Source of the DNA: a virus
Taxonomy: Duplodnaviria > Caudoviricetes
Length of the DNA stretch: 42,404 nucleotides
Virus record (IMG/VR): IMGVR_UViG_3300020045_006171
Location: 1 to 42,404 of that record
Reading direction: 5' to 3' (one strand)
Every line of letters starts with the position of its first letter. Within the stretch, counting starts at the first letter, position 1. Position numbers and translations under genes: made by a program. The notes beneath the pieces are model-generated. The model was given only the letters and a program-made list of their open reading frames with translations. It ran no database searches and was not told the DNA's origin. Of the stretch, positions 17,971-27,476 are shown in pieces.

Positions 17971-19781
17971 GCCAGTTGGTTGCGCATTGGAAGGGTGAAA
18001 ATAACGCCGTCGATTCTATTAACGGGTTGAATGGAACATGGGTTGGAACCCCTGCGTATGTTACCGGCGTCGTTGGAAACGCTTTCAGCTTTGACGGAAA
18101 TCCTTATATACTTGTTGATCCAAGCGCGTTAATAAACTTTGATAGTACCAGCAATTTCACGCTCGATTTTTACACCAAGTTCACAAATCTTTCAAGCCTC
18201 CGTTTTCTGATAGGGAATGAATCTCTTGTTGACAATCCAAACAAGGGGTTTGCTGTTTACTTTAATTTTAATACAGGCAGCCTCGCGATAGTTAGCAACG
18301 GAACAAGCGCAAGCTCCACAAGTGTTATTCTTTTTCCTGATGTTTTTTATCATTTTGTAGTAAAGTATTCTGCAGGTGTTTGGACTGCTAAAATCAACGA
18401 CGATTTATTACTGACCGTTTCAAAGCCCATTGTCACAGCACCGCTACACAAGTGGCATTTCGGCGCAGCTTATTGGCAAACAGGAAACTTACCATTTTTC
18501 AAGTTGTCTGGCGCAATTGACGAAATAAAAATATACGACGATTCTTTGCCTGATCCGGTCGTCACACCACAGAACATCAAAGGTCTTTCCGTAATAGACC
18601 AAAAGACGACCATCGGATTTAAAAAAGAGACCGTTCCATATTCCGGCGAAACGCTCGCCGCATCAGACTACAACCAGCTCGCCTATGATGTGAAGGTCAT
18701 CCCCGACATTGAATCCTACGGCCAGCACCTTGCGACTGGTGACTTCTCGCGCTCCGTGTCCATTGCCGGGAGACGACTTTGCGCGATCAATTTCAAGATC
18801 GACCTGTACACGCTTTCGACCGTTGCGGCCCCGGCTTATTTCAACGTGCTGGAGTGCTGCGGGTGGCGCCGGATTGTCCACGGATCGACCGGGGTGTCCA
18901 TCCGGCCAGATTCGAACGCAAACCGGGTTCCTGCCACGATAGAGGTATCGCTCGAACAGGAAGGTGCTACCCCCATTCAGACAGTCTACAAGGCCGTTGG
19001 TGCGATGGGTATGGTCAAGATGGTCACCGTGATAGGTCAGCCGATTGCCTTCGAGTTTTCGTTTTTGGGTGCGCTGGACGGCATACGAGCGCGACCGTAT
19101 GCGAGCAGGATAGTTCAGACCGGAGCAGATACCGCGGTCGTCCCGGCCTTTCTTGAGGTCAAAAACACGGTGTTCGCCGGACGTCCCGCGACGCTCGATT
19201 CGTTTGAAATAAACTTCAGCGAGATGGTGAACCTGTTCACGAATATTTTCACCGCTTCCGGGTATGACGGCGCCCGCGTGGTAGACCGAAACATTATCGG
19301 GAAATTTCAGATCGGAGATATTATGTCGCTTCAGATTTTTCATATCGGTGGAGTGGTCGCAATCGGGCATGATGACACGACTGGAGAGCGCGGGTTTTTA
19401 ACGAAGATAAAAAATGCGACCGGAACGGCAACGGTAAAGGGAACATTGGTTTGCTGCTCCGATACGGTAGACAACGCCTTTAAATTACAAGCAGACGAAT
19501 TTGATACGGTTGGCGTCATTGCCGAAGCCGGAGTCGCCGATGGTGCCGAGGCATGGGTATGGAAAAACGGGTCCAGATGTCAGGTACTTTTTAAGGACGG
19601 CGAGTCATCGACAAGAGAGTACATATTGCTCGCAGCCGATACCGACGGGCGCGGAAGAAACATTGCTGTGCCTTCGAGCAATCCCGTCGTTGCCGAACAC
19701 TTCAAAGAATGCGGGCATGTGGCAGAAAGCAAAAGCGCCGGGACAAGCATATTGGTACTTTGTGATCTTCATTTCAATTGA
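17967..19781 (+). CDS. Modular tail protein: LamG/ConA-like domain + tail-tube paralog + C-terminal cement-like domain
   Basis: VAHW..E....D, GNAFSFDG and GAIDEIKIY (LamG); central part aligns by eye with the 14202-15179 protein; internal RBS plus ATG at 19323. Confidence 0.75.
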   Translation: MSQLVAHWKGENNAVDSINGLNGTWVGTPAYVTGVVGNAFSFDGNPYILVDPSALINFDSTSNFTLDFYTKFTNLSSLRFLIGNESLVDNPNKGFAVYFNFNTGSLAIVSNGTSASSTSVILFPDVFYHFVVKYSAGVWTAKINDDLLLTVSKPIVTAPLHKWHFGAAYWQTGNLPFFKLSGAIDEIKIYDDSLPDPVVTPQNIKGLSVIDQKTTIGFKKETVPYSGETLAASDYNQLAYDVKVIPDIESYGQHLATGDFSRSVSIAGRRLCAINFKIDLYTLSTVAAPAYFNVLECCGWRRIVHGSTGVSIRPDSNANRVPATIEVSLEQEGATPIQTVYKAVGAMGMVKMVTVIGQPIAFEFSFLGALDGIRARPYASRIVQTGADTAVVPAFLEVKNTVFAGRPATLDSFEINFSEMVNLFTNIFTASGYDGARVVDRNIIGKFQIGDIMSLQIFHIGGVVAIGHDDTTGERGFLTKIKNATGTATVKGTLVCCSDTVDNAFKLQADEFDTVGVIAEAGVADGAEAWVWKNGSRCQVLFKDGESSTREYILLAADTDGRGRNIAVPSSNPVVAEHFKECGHVAESKSAGTSILVLCDLHFN

Positions 19782-19787
19782 GGAATT

Positions 19788-19982
19788 ATGTCTACCGAAA
19801 CACGCGACGATATCGTATCAAACGACCAGATTGGAAATGTGACCGGTCAACTGTTTTTACAATACGGCACGCCGACTGTCACGCTTTCCAGTTCACGCAT
19901 GCAGATAACCGGCGACGATCTCGGCGCCGTCGATATCGAAATTCTTGACGACGACTTTGAACTTCTGATCGGAGCAAAATAA
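19788..19982 (+). CDS. Small acidic hypothetical protein
   Basis: GAGGA RBS; fills the gap in the tail operon. Confidence 0.55.
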   Translation: MSTETRDDIVSNDQIGNVTGQLFLQYGTPTVTLSSSRMQITGDDLGAVDIEILDDDFELLIGAK

Positions 19983-19983
19983 A

Positions 19984-21060
19984 ATGGCACCTTCCAGCGG
20001 ACAGATATCGTTTTCATACGGAGCGACCGAGGTTGTTATATCAGCCCCGGATGCCGGGTATGAAACTGAAATTGCAATGCCGTTCGACTTCTCGGAACTT
20101 GATACCGGGCAACATGCGGTTCGTGACTATGGGACGAAGTACGATAAGCGGTCGTGCAAGTGCTCGTTCATTCTCACGGCCGCAATGACCGCGGCTTTGA
20201 ATACGCTTCTGAATACTACTGCGCGCGGGCAGAATCTGATCCTCGCTGTTCCGACCGGGAGCGGGTTCCATCCGTTCGGCCCGGACAAGGGCGACGATGG
20301 ACCGTGGACCGTATCGGTGCGACACGAAGGAACACCGCAGATTCAATCGTCGCCATTCAATTATTTCAAGGTGTCGCTGATGATCCGAAACGTCGGGGCA
20401 TATCCGGCGTATGCGCTGCCGGCCGAGGTCGCAGAAGGGGTGCTCACAATCGGAACAGTATCTAATCTCCGGATGCCGCCGAACCTGTTCAACCCGGAGC
20501 AGGTTTATAATATTTCCGTGGATTTCACGGAGAACAGTTCGGCGCGATACGTTGACCGTGGGGCGCTCGGGGATTACGCCGGGACTAAATTCGAGTTGGC
20601 ATGCAACGAGGGGAAGGCTGCAGCGCTTCTGGCGTACCTGACCGGGGCGGCGCGGTCATCGGCATTCAACATAACGACGGCTGCCAATTTCTACGCATAC
20701 GGAATCAATCACGGCTCAAACGACACGTATTCGTCGAAGCTCGCTGACAAAACGATCAGGGTAAAGCATAACACATACAACAGTTTTTCAATCGGGCTTC
20801 AATTGAAAAAGATGCCTGGATATACATTGACATATGATGGAAATGGGAATGATTCCGGCACCCCGCCGGTAGATTCAAATAGTTATTCTCCCGGATCTTC
20901 AGCCATTGCAGCGAGCCCAGGTGACCTTGCAAAATCTGGGGGTTATTATTTTGTACACTGGAACGAACAAGCTGATGGTGGTGGGGCATACTATAATGAG
21001 GGCGCCTCGGTAACAATGAGCAGTGACAAGGTTCTTTACGCAATCTGGGGATTACCATAA
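19984..21060 (+). CDS. Putative distal tail protein with C-terminal Listeria-Bacteroides (InlB B-repeat / Flg_new-like) repeat
   Basis: C-terminus YTLTYDGNG...GYYFVHWNEQADGGG.YY..G.......LYAIW; N-terminal part has two similar halves. Confidence 0.65.
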   Translation: MAPSSGQISFSYGATEVVISAPDAGYETEIAMPFDFSELDTGQHAVRDYGTKYDKRSCKCSFILTAAMTAALNTLLNTTARGQNLILAVPTGSGFHPFGPDKGDDGPWTVSVRHEGTPQIQSSPFNYFKVSLMIRNVGAYPAYALPAEVAEGVLTIGTVSNLRMPPNLFNPEQVYNISVDFTENSSARYVDRGALGDYAGTKFELACNEGKAAALLAYLTGAARSSAFNITTAANFYAYGINHGSNDTYSSKLADKTIRVKHNTYNSFSIGLQLKKMPGYTLTYDGNGNDSGTPPVDSNSYSPGSSAIAASPGDLAKSGGYYFVHWNEQADGGGAYYNEGASVTMSSDKVLYAIWGLP

Positions 21061-21069
21061 GGAGCAGCT

Positions 21070-23922
21070 ATGAGTTCTACCGTTTTCGGTGTAAAAATAG
21101 TCCTGCAAGATAAGCTGTCCCCGGTGACTCAGAATACCGGAATCGGACTTTACAACGTCGCGTCCGACAACAGCGAGATTCGCTTGGTGCAAAACGCAAT
21201 CTCCGGGGTATCAACCTGGAAAGAAGGCGTGATGGCTAAAAACGGGTTGAAGTCGTTTTCAAACGAGATCGACCTGACGAAGGGCGGGGCAATCGCATAT
21301 CCGGGAAAGGGTGCCATCGTAATCGACGACACGGCCGGAACGTGGAAAGCGCTTGTTGATGCCGGGTTCAAGTTCGACGGGCTCATCGCGGAGGTTCACG
21401 TTTTTTATGGAGTGACACCGGTGCGGCTGCGGACGTACTGTTGCAAAGAACCATCGTTCGACGGGGCGAATATGACGGTTCAGTTTGAAGGTGCGAAGCG
21501 AACGGCGAATATTTTGAATGTTGTAACAAGCGCCCAATTCCCTTATGCGACCTCTGACACAATGGGGAAAGTAATACCCGCCGTTTTTGGAAAGCATATT
21601 CAACCGAAAATAAAATGTACTTTAATTGAAAACACAGTTATTGATAGTGAATTTACAATGGCAAAGTTTAATCCTAGCAATGCCCCGTTATCAATAAAAG
21701 CGTATCCGGTTACAGGAGGGCAAACCCCTGCCGGTTATATTAACGACCCTGATGATCGATCACAGACAATAGTTACAGACATTAAGGTTAATGGTGTAGT
21801 ATCAAATAGCTTTCCTACAGGGCATACTGTGCATACGATAGCAAACTCTTCAACGTGTATTAGGATTATAGAAGGTAATTGTGGAGGACAGGTCCGAAAA
21901 CTAATAAATTATCAAACGTATCAAGGCGATCCAATAGCAGAAGAAAATGTTAGATTTTGTACTGAAAATTATTTTGATGGCTTACTATCAATGGTTAATA
22001 CAACGAGATCGTGGTTATCAGTTGAAAGGCTAGAACAACAATACGGTATTGACAATTGGCCTATAAAGGGCTATCTTGATGAGCTTGGAAATGATACTGC
22101 TAATACTTCTGAAATTTATTTATATAACGGAGACGAAGAATTAGTATTGCAGCAGAACGCGGCAATTATAAATAGCACAAAAAATTTATTTGCATTGAAT
22201 AAATCAAATTATTCTAGCGATTATAAAAACATAAAATCATTTAATACCCTTCCGGCATCTTCAATAGAATTATATAACGCATCTGATATGTCAAATTTTG
22301 CTATCACGACCGGAGAAAGCATCGCGCAATTTTCCTATGCTGGTGGTGCATTAGGCGGCGGGATGTATCGACGTACTACTGATCCGTATGTATTATCGGT
22401 CGATACTGGCTCCGCCGTTGAGAACTTAAGCAATTGCGTTGATAAAAATAAAGATTCCTTTGGTTGTATTACAATTAACGTATTAGGATCATCGGGAGAC
22501 CCTATACCATATTTAAAGGTTATTAAAGTGATCCCGCCAACACTGCCCGATAATTTTTCATTTGACAAATGCTACATTGGTTTAAAACTATATTCAAAAA
22601 GTGATTATGCATCGGCTATTGATGTGGGTGGATCGTCGTTTCAGATTAGATGGCGCAGATTCCGGTACAACATCAATACTATTTTGGGGGATATAATAGC
22701 CAATGAAACGACGGCTGGTGGCGGAATGCATGTTGATGATATCCCTGAAAAATATTTTGCGTCTGGAGGATTACAAGGAGATAAAGCATTTTATTATGAA
22801 AGCAGTGGTGGAGAACCAAATTTCCGACACATTACCGGGTATCAAAGATTTGAATTAACAGACATAACAAATGCTGATACTTATAACGCAATCGCTGAAT
22901 TGATATTATTGTTTAAACGAATGTATCCTGGGAGCGGATCGGCTATTTCTGATTCTACCTTGTTATATGAAGCCTGTTTTATTTTTGAAAAAGATTCATC
23001 TATCACAGAATTGTATACGAATGCATCGGGTCGGATATTCAACAGCACCTTCGATGGCAGAAAAACAGCTTCTGACATGATTTCAAAACCTCAAGACCTT
23101 TTCGAACACCTCTGCCGCCTGCAGGATTACCGTGACAAATATCCAACTCCGGCCAGCGGGTGGGGACTGCAGTACGCTTCCGGTGCGTTGATCCACACCG
23201 CGTCATTCGACCAGATTTCTGACTCGCGGGAACCGGCGACGCAGATATTTGATCTTGATGATGGATACACCGACAAGGCAAAACAGACCATCGCTCGTGA
23301 GATGGCGTTTGCAAACTGGCAGGACGCTGACGGCCGGGAACGAATACTAGCACTTCCGACATATCGCCTGAACCCGGTGCACACGGTGACGCTCGACGAC
23401 GTGATGGACCGCTCAAAAATAAAGATCGTTGACACGTCACGGGATTCGATCTATTCCGAACCGTTCGTCAGATACCAGAAGAACCCAGCAACCGGAGACC
23501 ATGAAAGGCTGATCAGCGTCAAAAACGCCAGCGCGACCACGTACATGCCCGCGTATATCGACGGAGTAGAAAACGCTCTGGAAGCCGAAGACCTCTGGCG
23601 GACGTGCCATTCCCTCGCTTTAAAAAGCCACCGGGTGAACAAACCGCCGACGGACATGACCGACCTGCAATGGGCGAACGGTCCCGGCGGGTACACAATC
23701 GCTCTCCGGCATATTCAGAACTGGGCCCGGTGGCAGGCGCTTCAGGAAATCGAGTTACCGGTACATTTTAACCTGGCGGCGAGCTGGCAGGAATGTACCC
23801 CGATCAACGTCCTTTTCAGCCATCAGACCGGGAACGTCAGCCGGTCGGCGCTGGTGGAGCGGACCGAGGTAAACCCGGCGCATCCGTATGATGTGCTGAT
23901 TCGGGCGGTAATCTACGCTTGA
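21070..23922 (+). CDS. Large tail tip / baseplate hub protein
   Basis: Last gene of the tail operon; GKVIPAVFG motif; AT-rich variable centre; AAGGAG RBS. Confidence 0.65.
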   Translation: MSSTVFGVKIVLQDKLSPVTQNTGIGLYNVASDNSEIRLVQNAISGVSTWKEGVMAKNGLKSFSNEIDLTKGGAIAYPGKGAIVIDDTAGTWKALVDAGFKFDGLIAEVHVFYGVTPVRLRTYCCKEPSFDGANMTVQFEGAKRTANILNVVTSAQFPYATSDTMGKVIPAVFGKHIQPKIKCTLIENTVIDSEFTMAKFNPSNAPLSIKAYPVTGGQTPAGYINDPDDRSQTIVTDIKVNGVVSNSFPTGHTVHTIANSSTCIRIIEGNCGGQVRKLINYQTYQGDPIAEENVRFCTENYFDGLLSMVNTTRSWLSVERLEQQYGIDNWPIKGYLDELGNDTANTSEIYLYNGDEELVLQQNAAIINSTKNLFALNKSNYSSDYKNIKSFNTLPASSIELYNASDMSNFAITTGESIAQFSYAGGALGGGMYRRTTDPYVLSVDTGSAVENLSNCVDKNKDSFGCITINVLGSSGDPIPYLKVIKVIPPTLPDNFSFDKCYIGLKLYSKSDYASAIDVGGSSFQIRWRRFRYNINTILGDIIANETTAGGGMHVDDIPEKYFASGGLQGDKAFYYESSGGEPNFRHITGYQRFELTDITNADTYNAIAELILLFKRMYPGSGSAISDSTLLYEACFIFEKDSSITELYTNASGRIFNSTFDGRKTASDMISKPQDLFEHLCRLQDYRDKYPTPASGWGLQYASGALIHTASFDQISDSREPATQIFDLDDGYTDKAKQTIAREMAFANWQDADGRERILALPTYRLNPVHTVTLDDVMDRSKIKIVDTSRDSIYSEPFVRYQKNPATGDHERLISVKNASATTYMPAYIDGVENALEAEDLWRTCHSLALKSHRVNKPPTDMTDLQWANGPGGYTIALRHIQNWARWQALQEIELPVHFNLAASWQECTPINVLFSHQTGNVSRSALVERTEVNPAHPYDVLIRAVIYA

Positions 23923-24048
23923 GAAACGCGGTTTTCTTCAATCTGAACGCGTGGGAGCTGGTTTATAATCGGTTAAACGATTCCCGACGTATCTGTGGTG
24001 TCCCATTCGATTTTGACCGTCAAGCCGGGGTTCCCTATGGTTTCGAGT

Positions 24049-24927
24049 TTATTCCTTTTGGGATTCCCAATCAGAAATTAATCCAACTATATTTTTTCTT
24101 GCGCTTTTAAACCATTTCCCGTCAATAACTATTAATTTTATTTCAGGATAATAAATTTTCATTCTTCTAAAAATTGTAATACTTCTTTTATCCAACCATC
24201 CCTTAACTTCATGATAAACGACCTCGCCATTGTTTTCGGTTATTTTAAAATCTGGCAAATAAGAACGCACGCCTCGCTTTATTTGATTAAACCAAAACGT
24301 CTGCGACTCGTGTTCCCATTCTTTTATGTTCCCATGTTCTTTTAAAAACTGTAAATAACGGGCATAGTTTGCTTCCCATCTGCTGCGATAAAAAATGTGT
24401 TTACCACCAATATCCCTCCAACCGCATTTCCAAGACGAATTAAATCTTGGTCTTGCTCCTTTAATATTGTTTTTTTTTCGGTATTCAATTTGCATTAAAG
24501 ATATTTTATCTTTTGTCTTTTCTGTATGGTGGCCACCCAAAAAACCTCTAGGGTGACCGTTTTTCTTAAGGTATTCTTTTGTTCTTTCTGAAATATTTTT
24601 CTTTAATAAATCATTGCACGGTCTGTTTTGATTTGTTAGCCCGATACTTTTGGCATATCTGCATATAAAATTTTTTGTTCTATTAATTTCGAGTGATAGT
24701 TTATTTAAATATCCATCCCCGTTAATAAAATTGGTTGAATATAAATTAATTATTTTTTGTTTTTCTTCTTCGGAAAGAAACCTCATCTTATTAATGACTT
24801 TTAATTTTACAAGCCTTTCATGAACCGATTGGCCACACATACCTAATGATTCAGCAGTTTTCCAGATAGAACCGTATTGACGATACAGAGAAATTAATTC
24901 GTCATTACTTGCTTTTTGACCAGGCAT
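24049..24927 (-). CDS. PD-(D/E)XK endonuclease with HTH and NUMOD3-like motif (homing endonuclease-like)
   Basis: GGHHTEKTKDKIS (NUMOD3-like); RSRWEANYARYL, YLPDF and HEVKGW motifs; AT-rich. Confidence 0.75.
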   Translation of the reverse strand: MPGQKASNDELISLYRQYGSIWKTAESLGMCGQSVHERLVKLKVINKMRFLSEEEKQKIINLYSTNFINGDGYLNKLSLEINRTKNFICRYAKSIGLTNQNRPCNDLLKKNISERTKEYLKKNGHPRGFLGGHHTEKTKDKISLMQIEYRKKNNIKGARPRFNSSWKCGWRDIGGKHIFYRSRWEANYARYLQFLKEHGNIKEWEHESQTFWFNQIKRGVRSYLPDFKITENNGEVVYHEVKGWLDKRSITIFRRMKIYYPEIKLIVIDGKWFKSARKNIVGLISDWESQKE

Positions 24928-24942
24928 GGTTGTTCCAATATA

Positions 24943-25043
24943 TAAAATACCCCTGTCTATTGCCGAGGCCGCGAAGCATGACAATAGCAATCTCTTGGGA
25001 GAGAAATTTTACAGGGGATGTTTTACAATGGTTCGCGGCCATG
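24943..25043 (-). promoter_or_regulatory. Structured leader: hairpin with loop complementary to an upstream 9-mer
   Basis: Minus strand: GGCCGCGAA upstream; stem AAAACATCCCCTGT/ACAGGGGTATTTT; loop TTCGCGGCC. Confidence 0.5.
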
Positions 25044-25048
25044 ATTTA

Positions 25049-25077
25049 AATATACATTATTTACCGGTGACGGTAAA
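25049..25077 (-). promoter_or_regulatory. Putative promoter with palindromic operator
   Basis: TTTACC-N17-TATATT; perfect inverted repeat tttaccg-gtga-cggtaaa (25060-25077) over the -35. Confidence 0.45.
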
Positions 25078-25084
25078 GGTTATT

Positions 25085-25369
25085 TCAGGCATGATTGACC
25101 ATTCTTATTTGCTTTATTTGCTTTTGGATGTCTTTTACTACTTTTAACACAGACTCATCAACCTTTCTTGCTGACTGATTTGTTTTTGCAGAAACAAGTT
25201 TCCCCGCTGTACTTTTTTCAAATATTTCAGGAATATATTTTTTGTTCATTTCGACAGTCATGGTACAGCGTATTTTGTTGCTGTTAAACGACGGTTCAGA
25301 ATTGAATTGCAATACATCAAATTCAATCATTTTATCTCTCCAATCTTGGTGGTATAGTTTAATAGCCAT
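25085..25369 (-). CDS. Hypothetical protein
   Basis: ORF in the co-directional early gene run. Confidence 0.5.
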   Translation of the reverse strand: MAIKLYHQDWRDKMIEFDVLQFNSEPSFNSNKIRCTMTVEMNKKYIPEIFEKSTAGKLVSAKTNQSARKVDESVLKVVKDIQKQIKQIRMVNHA

Positions 25370-25374
25370 ATTTA

Positions 25375-25590
25375 TTATTCCCAAAAACCTTGTGTAATAA
25401 ACTTACCGTCTTTATTAAATTCTATTCTTGAATAAAAACAACTATACCCGCTAAACTTATCGCTTGAAGTTGCGGTGTCAATAAATGCAGATTCGCTCAA
25501 AAGCACATGGTAATCAGTTTGATTTTTAATTACATTAACATTAATTCCGAATCTTTTATAAAGGGCGACGAACGCTTCAAGATCGGTCAT
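25375..25590 (-). CDS. Hypothetical phage protein
   Basis: MTDLE...GFWE; AAGGA RBS. Confidence 0.6.
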   Translation of the reverse strand: MTDLEAFVALYKRFGINVNVIKNQTDYHVLLSESAFIDTATSSDKFSGYSCFYSRIEFNKDGKFITQGFWE

Positions 25591-25951
25591 TTGAATATCC
25601 TTCATTAAGGCGCTTAGTACACCATTCAACAAAATCAACATCTATTTCTGGACACTCGCTTTTATCAAACTCTTTCCACACGCGAATAGCGGTCTCGTAA
25701 TCTTTATCGATGTACCGAGAAAACCAGACATAAACATCATAAGCGAGACCAGGCGGGATGCTGTTTGAGAATGCAAAGTGATACCATTCGTTTTCAAATT
25801 TAGTCGGAGTCTCCGGCGGTCCCGGCCACACAACCCCAGGATTACTACGTTTCCCGCAAGGACACCGGGACGGACCAGCCACATTGCCGCCATCAAAATA
25901 TTCGATGTGGATACCGATTTTGCAGAGCCATGAGTTTTTCATATTTTCCAT
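25577..25951 (-). CDS. Hypothetical protein
   Basis: Starts right after the last attC-like core of array A. Confidence 0.5.
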   Translation of the reverse strand: MENMKNSWLCKIGIHIEYFDGGNVAGPSRCPCGKRSNPGVVWPGPPETPTKFENEWYHFAFSNSIPPGLAYDVYVWFSRYIDKDYETAIRVWKEFDKSECPEIDVDFVEWCTKRLNEGYSNDRS

Positions 25952-25958
25952 TTTTAGA

Positions 25959-26087
25959 TTACAACGTGCTCAGTGTTATGCTCGTTCCGGTATAAAGCCA
26001 ATAGGTTGACAATTCGCACAGTGTTCGCTATTTTCACGACTGCACTTGACCATACCGTACTGGCATGGCATAACGCTGATGTTGTGC
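25959..26087. repeat. attC-like site A8
   Basis: acaac-gtgct-cagtgttatgc ... gcataacgctg-at-gttgt. Confidence 0.75.
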
Positions 26088-26206
26088 GCTGTAGGCCGCG
26101 CTTCCTTAATGTTCGCCGCGAACTCCTCACAGCCAAGACAAGGGTCGGTCAGCGAACATTTTGTATGCTCATCGTAAGGACATTGATATAGCTTTGTTCT
26201 CGGCAT
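25976..26206 (-). CDS. Cassette gene, Cys-rich hypothetical protein
   Basis: GAAAGGA RBS; reads into attC A8. Confidence 0.6.
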   Translation of the reverse strand: MPRTKLYQCPYDEHTKCSLTDPCLGCEEFAANIKEARPTAHNISVMPCQYGMVKCSRENSEHCANCQPIGFIPERA

Positions 26207-26238
26207 ATTATAAATCCTTTCAAGCGGCCTATTGCAGC

Positions 26239-26349
26239 CAACGTTTACGCAACGTGTGATAGGTGAGCAGCCCACCAACGGCGACATTTGACTGATAAGA
26301 ACCGCAGCTTACAAGGCTGCACATTGCCACAGTTACAGCACTGCGGCTC
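26239..26349. repeat. Truncated attC-like site A7; 111 bp direct repeat of 35822-35932
   Basis: About 5 mismatches versus the 35.8 kb copy; lacks the outer right arm and GTT core. Confidence 0.8.
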
Positions 26350-26469
26350 GGCCGAATACCACTCATTCCATTCATGATTACATTGATCACATTCGATTAT
26401 TTTATGACAATGACCATCTACGGTACTGTGGTGTTTTCTACAATAAATGTCGAACTTAGATTCAGCCAT
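26245..26469 (-). CDS. Cassette gene, Zn-finger-like hypothetical protein
   Basis: CDQC and CCNC motifs; C-terminus nearly identical to that of the 35828-36118 product. Confidence 0.55.
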   Translation of the reverse strand: MAESKFDIYCRKHHSTVDGHCHKIIECDQCNHEWNEWYSAEPQCCNCGNVQPCKLRFLSVKCRRWWAAHLSHVA

Positions 26470-26499
26470 ATTAAAATGCCTTTCGTGTGGCGTTATTGC

Positions 26500-26585
26500 C
26501 TGCAACGGTTGCCGCTTTGTGAAGTGCGGCTATCAAATTCAAAAATCAATAATGTACTCCGCATTTTATAAAGCGGCTGTTGTGC
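26500..26585. repeat. attC-like site A6
   Basis: gcaac-ggtt-gccgctttgtgaagtgcgg ... ccgcattttataaagcggc-t-gttgt; 19 bp stem whose only mismatches are G.T pairs on the + strand. Confidence 0.85.
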
Positions 26586-26601
26586 GAAGTTTGAGCGTGC
26601 T

Positions 26602-26847
26602 TCAACTTTCTTCTGCCGAGCGCTTCCCAAGGCCATTTTTCAACGATTCCAGCCCGTTGCGGGGAAGGAGCTTGAGCGTAACAATGCCTGTGAATGCGTC
26701 AAGATTTAGAATGCGAAACGAACTCCCGCGAACGACCACGGTTTCGCCCATTGTAAATATAGGCACATTCTCTTTTCCAGCGACACCGGTAACTTGATCC
26801 GCTACCTCTTGTGATATGGGGGCGAAACGCCCACGGCCATCGTCCAT
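26602..26847 (-). CDS. Cassette gene, hypothetical protein
   Basis: MDDGRGRF...; GAAGGG RBS; single ORF between two hairpins. Confidence 0.6.
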   Translation of the reverse strand: MDDGRGRFAPISQEVADQVTGVAGKENVPIFTMGETVVVRGSSFRILNLDAFTGIVTLKLLPRNGLESLKNGLGKRSAEES

Positions 26848-26901
26848 TTTAAACCGCCCTTCTTGCGCTCGGACTATCAAACCCAAGCGCGGTTAAATTT
26901 T

Positions 26902-26979
26902 GTACAACGTTTCCGCTGTTATGCTGCCGGTACGCCCACGTGCTGCTTTGCGCCCGGTTGCATAACGGCGGTGTTGTAC
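26902..26979. repeat. attC-like site A5 (near-identical to A2)
   Basis: gtacaac-gttt-ccgctgttatgc ... gcataacggcgg-t-gttgtac. Confidence 0.85.
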
Positions 26980-27001
26980 GAAGTAAAGCCGGGCCTCCAC
27001 A

Positions 27002-27265
27002 TTATTCTTCCGGCGCAAACACAGCCAGTTCGAGGTCGAGGCATTCAATTCCGCTCGATTTATCTTCGAGGCAAATTAACGTGGCGAGACAATTCCTGAG
27101 ATCATCCATTTGATCCCTGATATCACCAGTGCATAATGAATCGCCATGCTTCCGAGAATCGCAAATTGTCTCGCCGTCAGCCTGAATACGACCGTTAAGC
27201 TCATTGACAAGTGAATTGAATGCCTCGACACCCCGCTTGCGAAACGCATCAAAGTCAACTTTCAT
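27002..27265 (-). CDS. Cassette gene, hypothetical protein
   Basis: GGAGG RBS; single ORF between hairpins. Confidence 0.65.
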   Translation of the reverse strand: MKVDFDAFRKRGVEAFNSLVNELNGRIQADGETICDSRKHGDSLCTGDIRDQMDDLRNCLATLICLEDKSSGIECLDLELAVFAPEE

Positions 27266-27322
27266 ACGCTACCCTCCGATTTGTTGCGCCGGACTATCAA
27301 ACCAAAAGCCCGGCTTTATTTT

Positions 27323-27411
27323 GTACAACGGTGCCAAACGGTTGCAGTGCCAACTATCAAATTAAATAATCCTTAATGTAAATTGGCATTGCATACCTTT
27401 GGCTGTTGCCT
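27323..27411. repeat. attC-like site A4
   Basis: acaac-ggt-gccaaa(c)ggttgcagtgccaa ... ttggcattgca(t)acctttggc-t-gttgc. Confidence 0.85.
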
Positions 27412-27476
27412 GTTAGTGCTTGCCGCTTCCTATGTAGTTCTGCGGCTGCGTTACTTCTGCGCCATGGATGGCGCTC

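Noticed and set aside
17967-23922. Diversity-generating retroelement target/template in the tail genes
   Set aside because: No reverse transcriptase and no repeat pair differing only at adenines was seen. The tube paralogy is ordinary protein-level divergence.
23975-25092. Possible small gene (MPEITFTVTGK / LETIGNPGLTVKIEW...) split by insertion of the endonuclease
   Set aside because: Only 35 aa when joined, and the upstream part coincides with the promoter/operator palindrome. No intron features were recognised.
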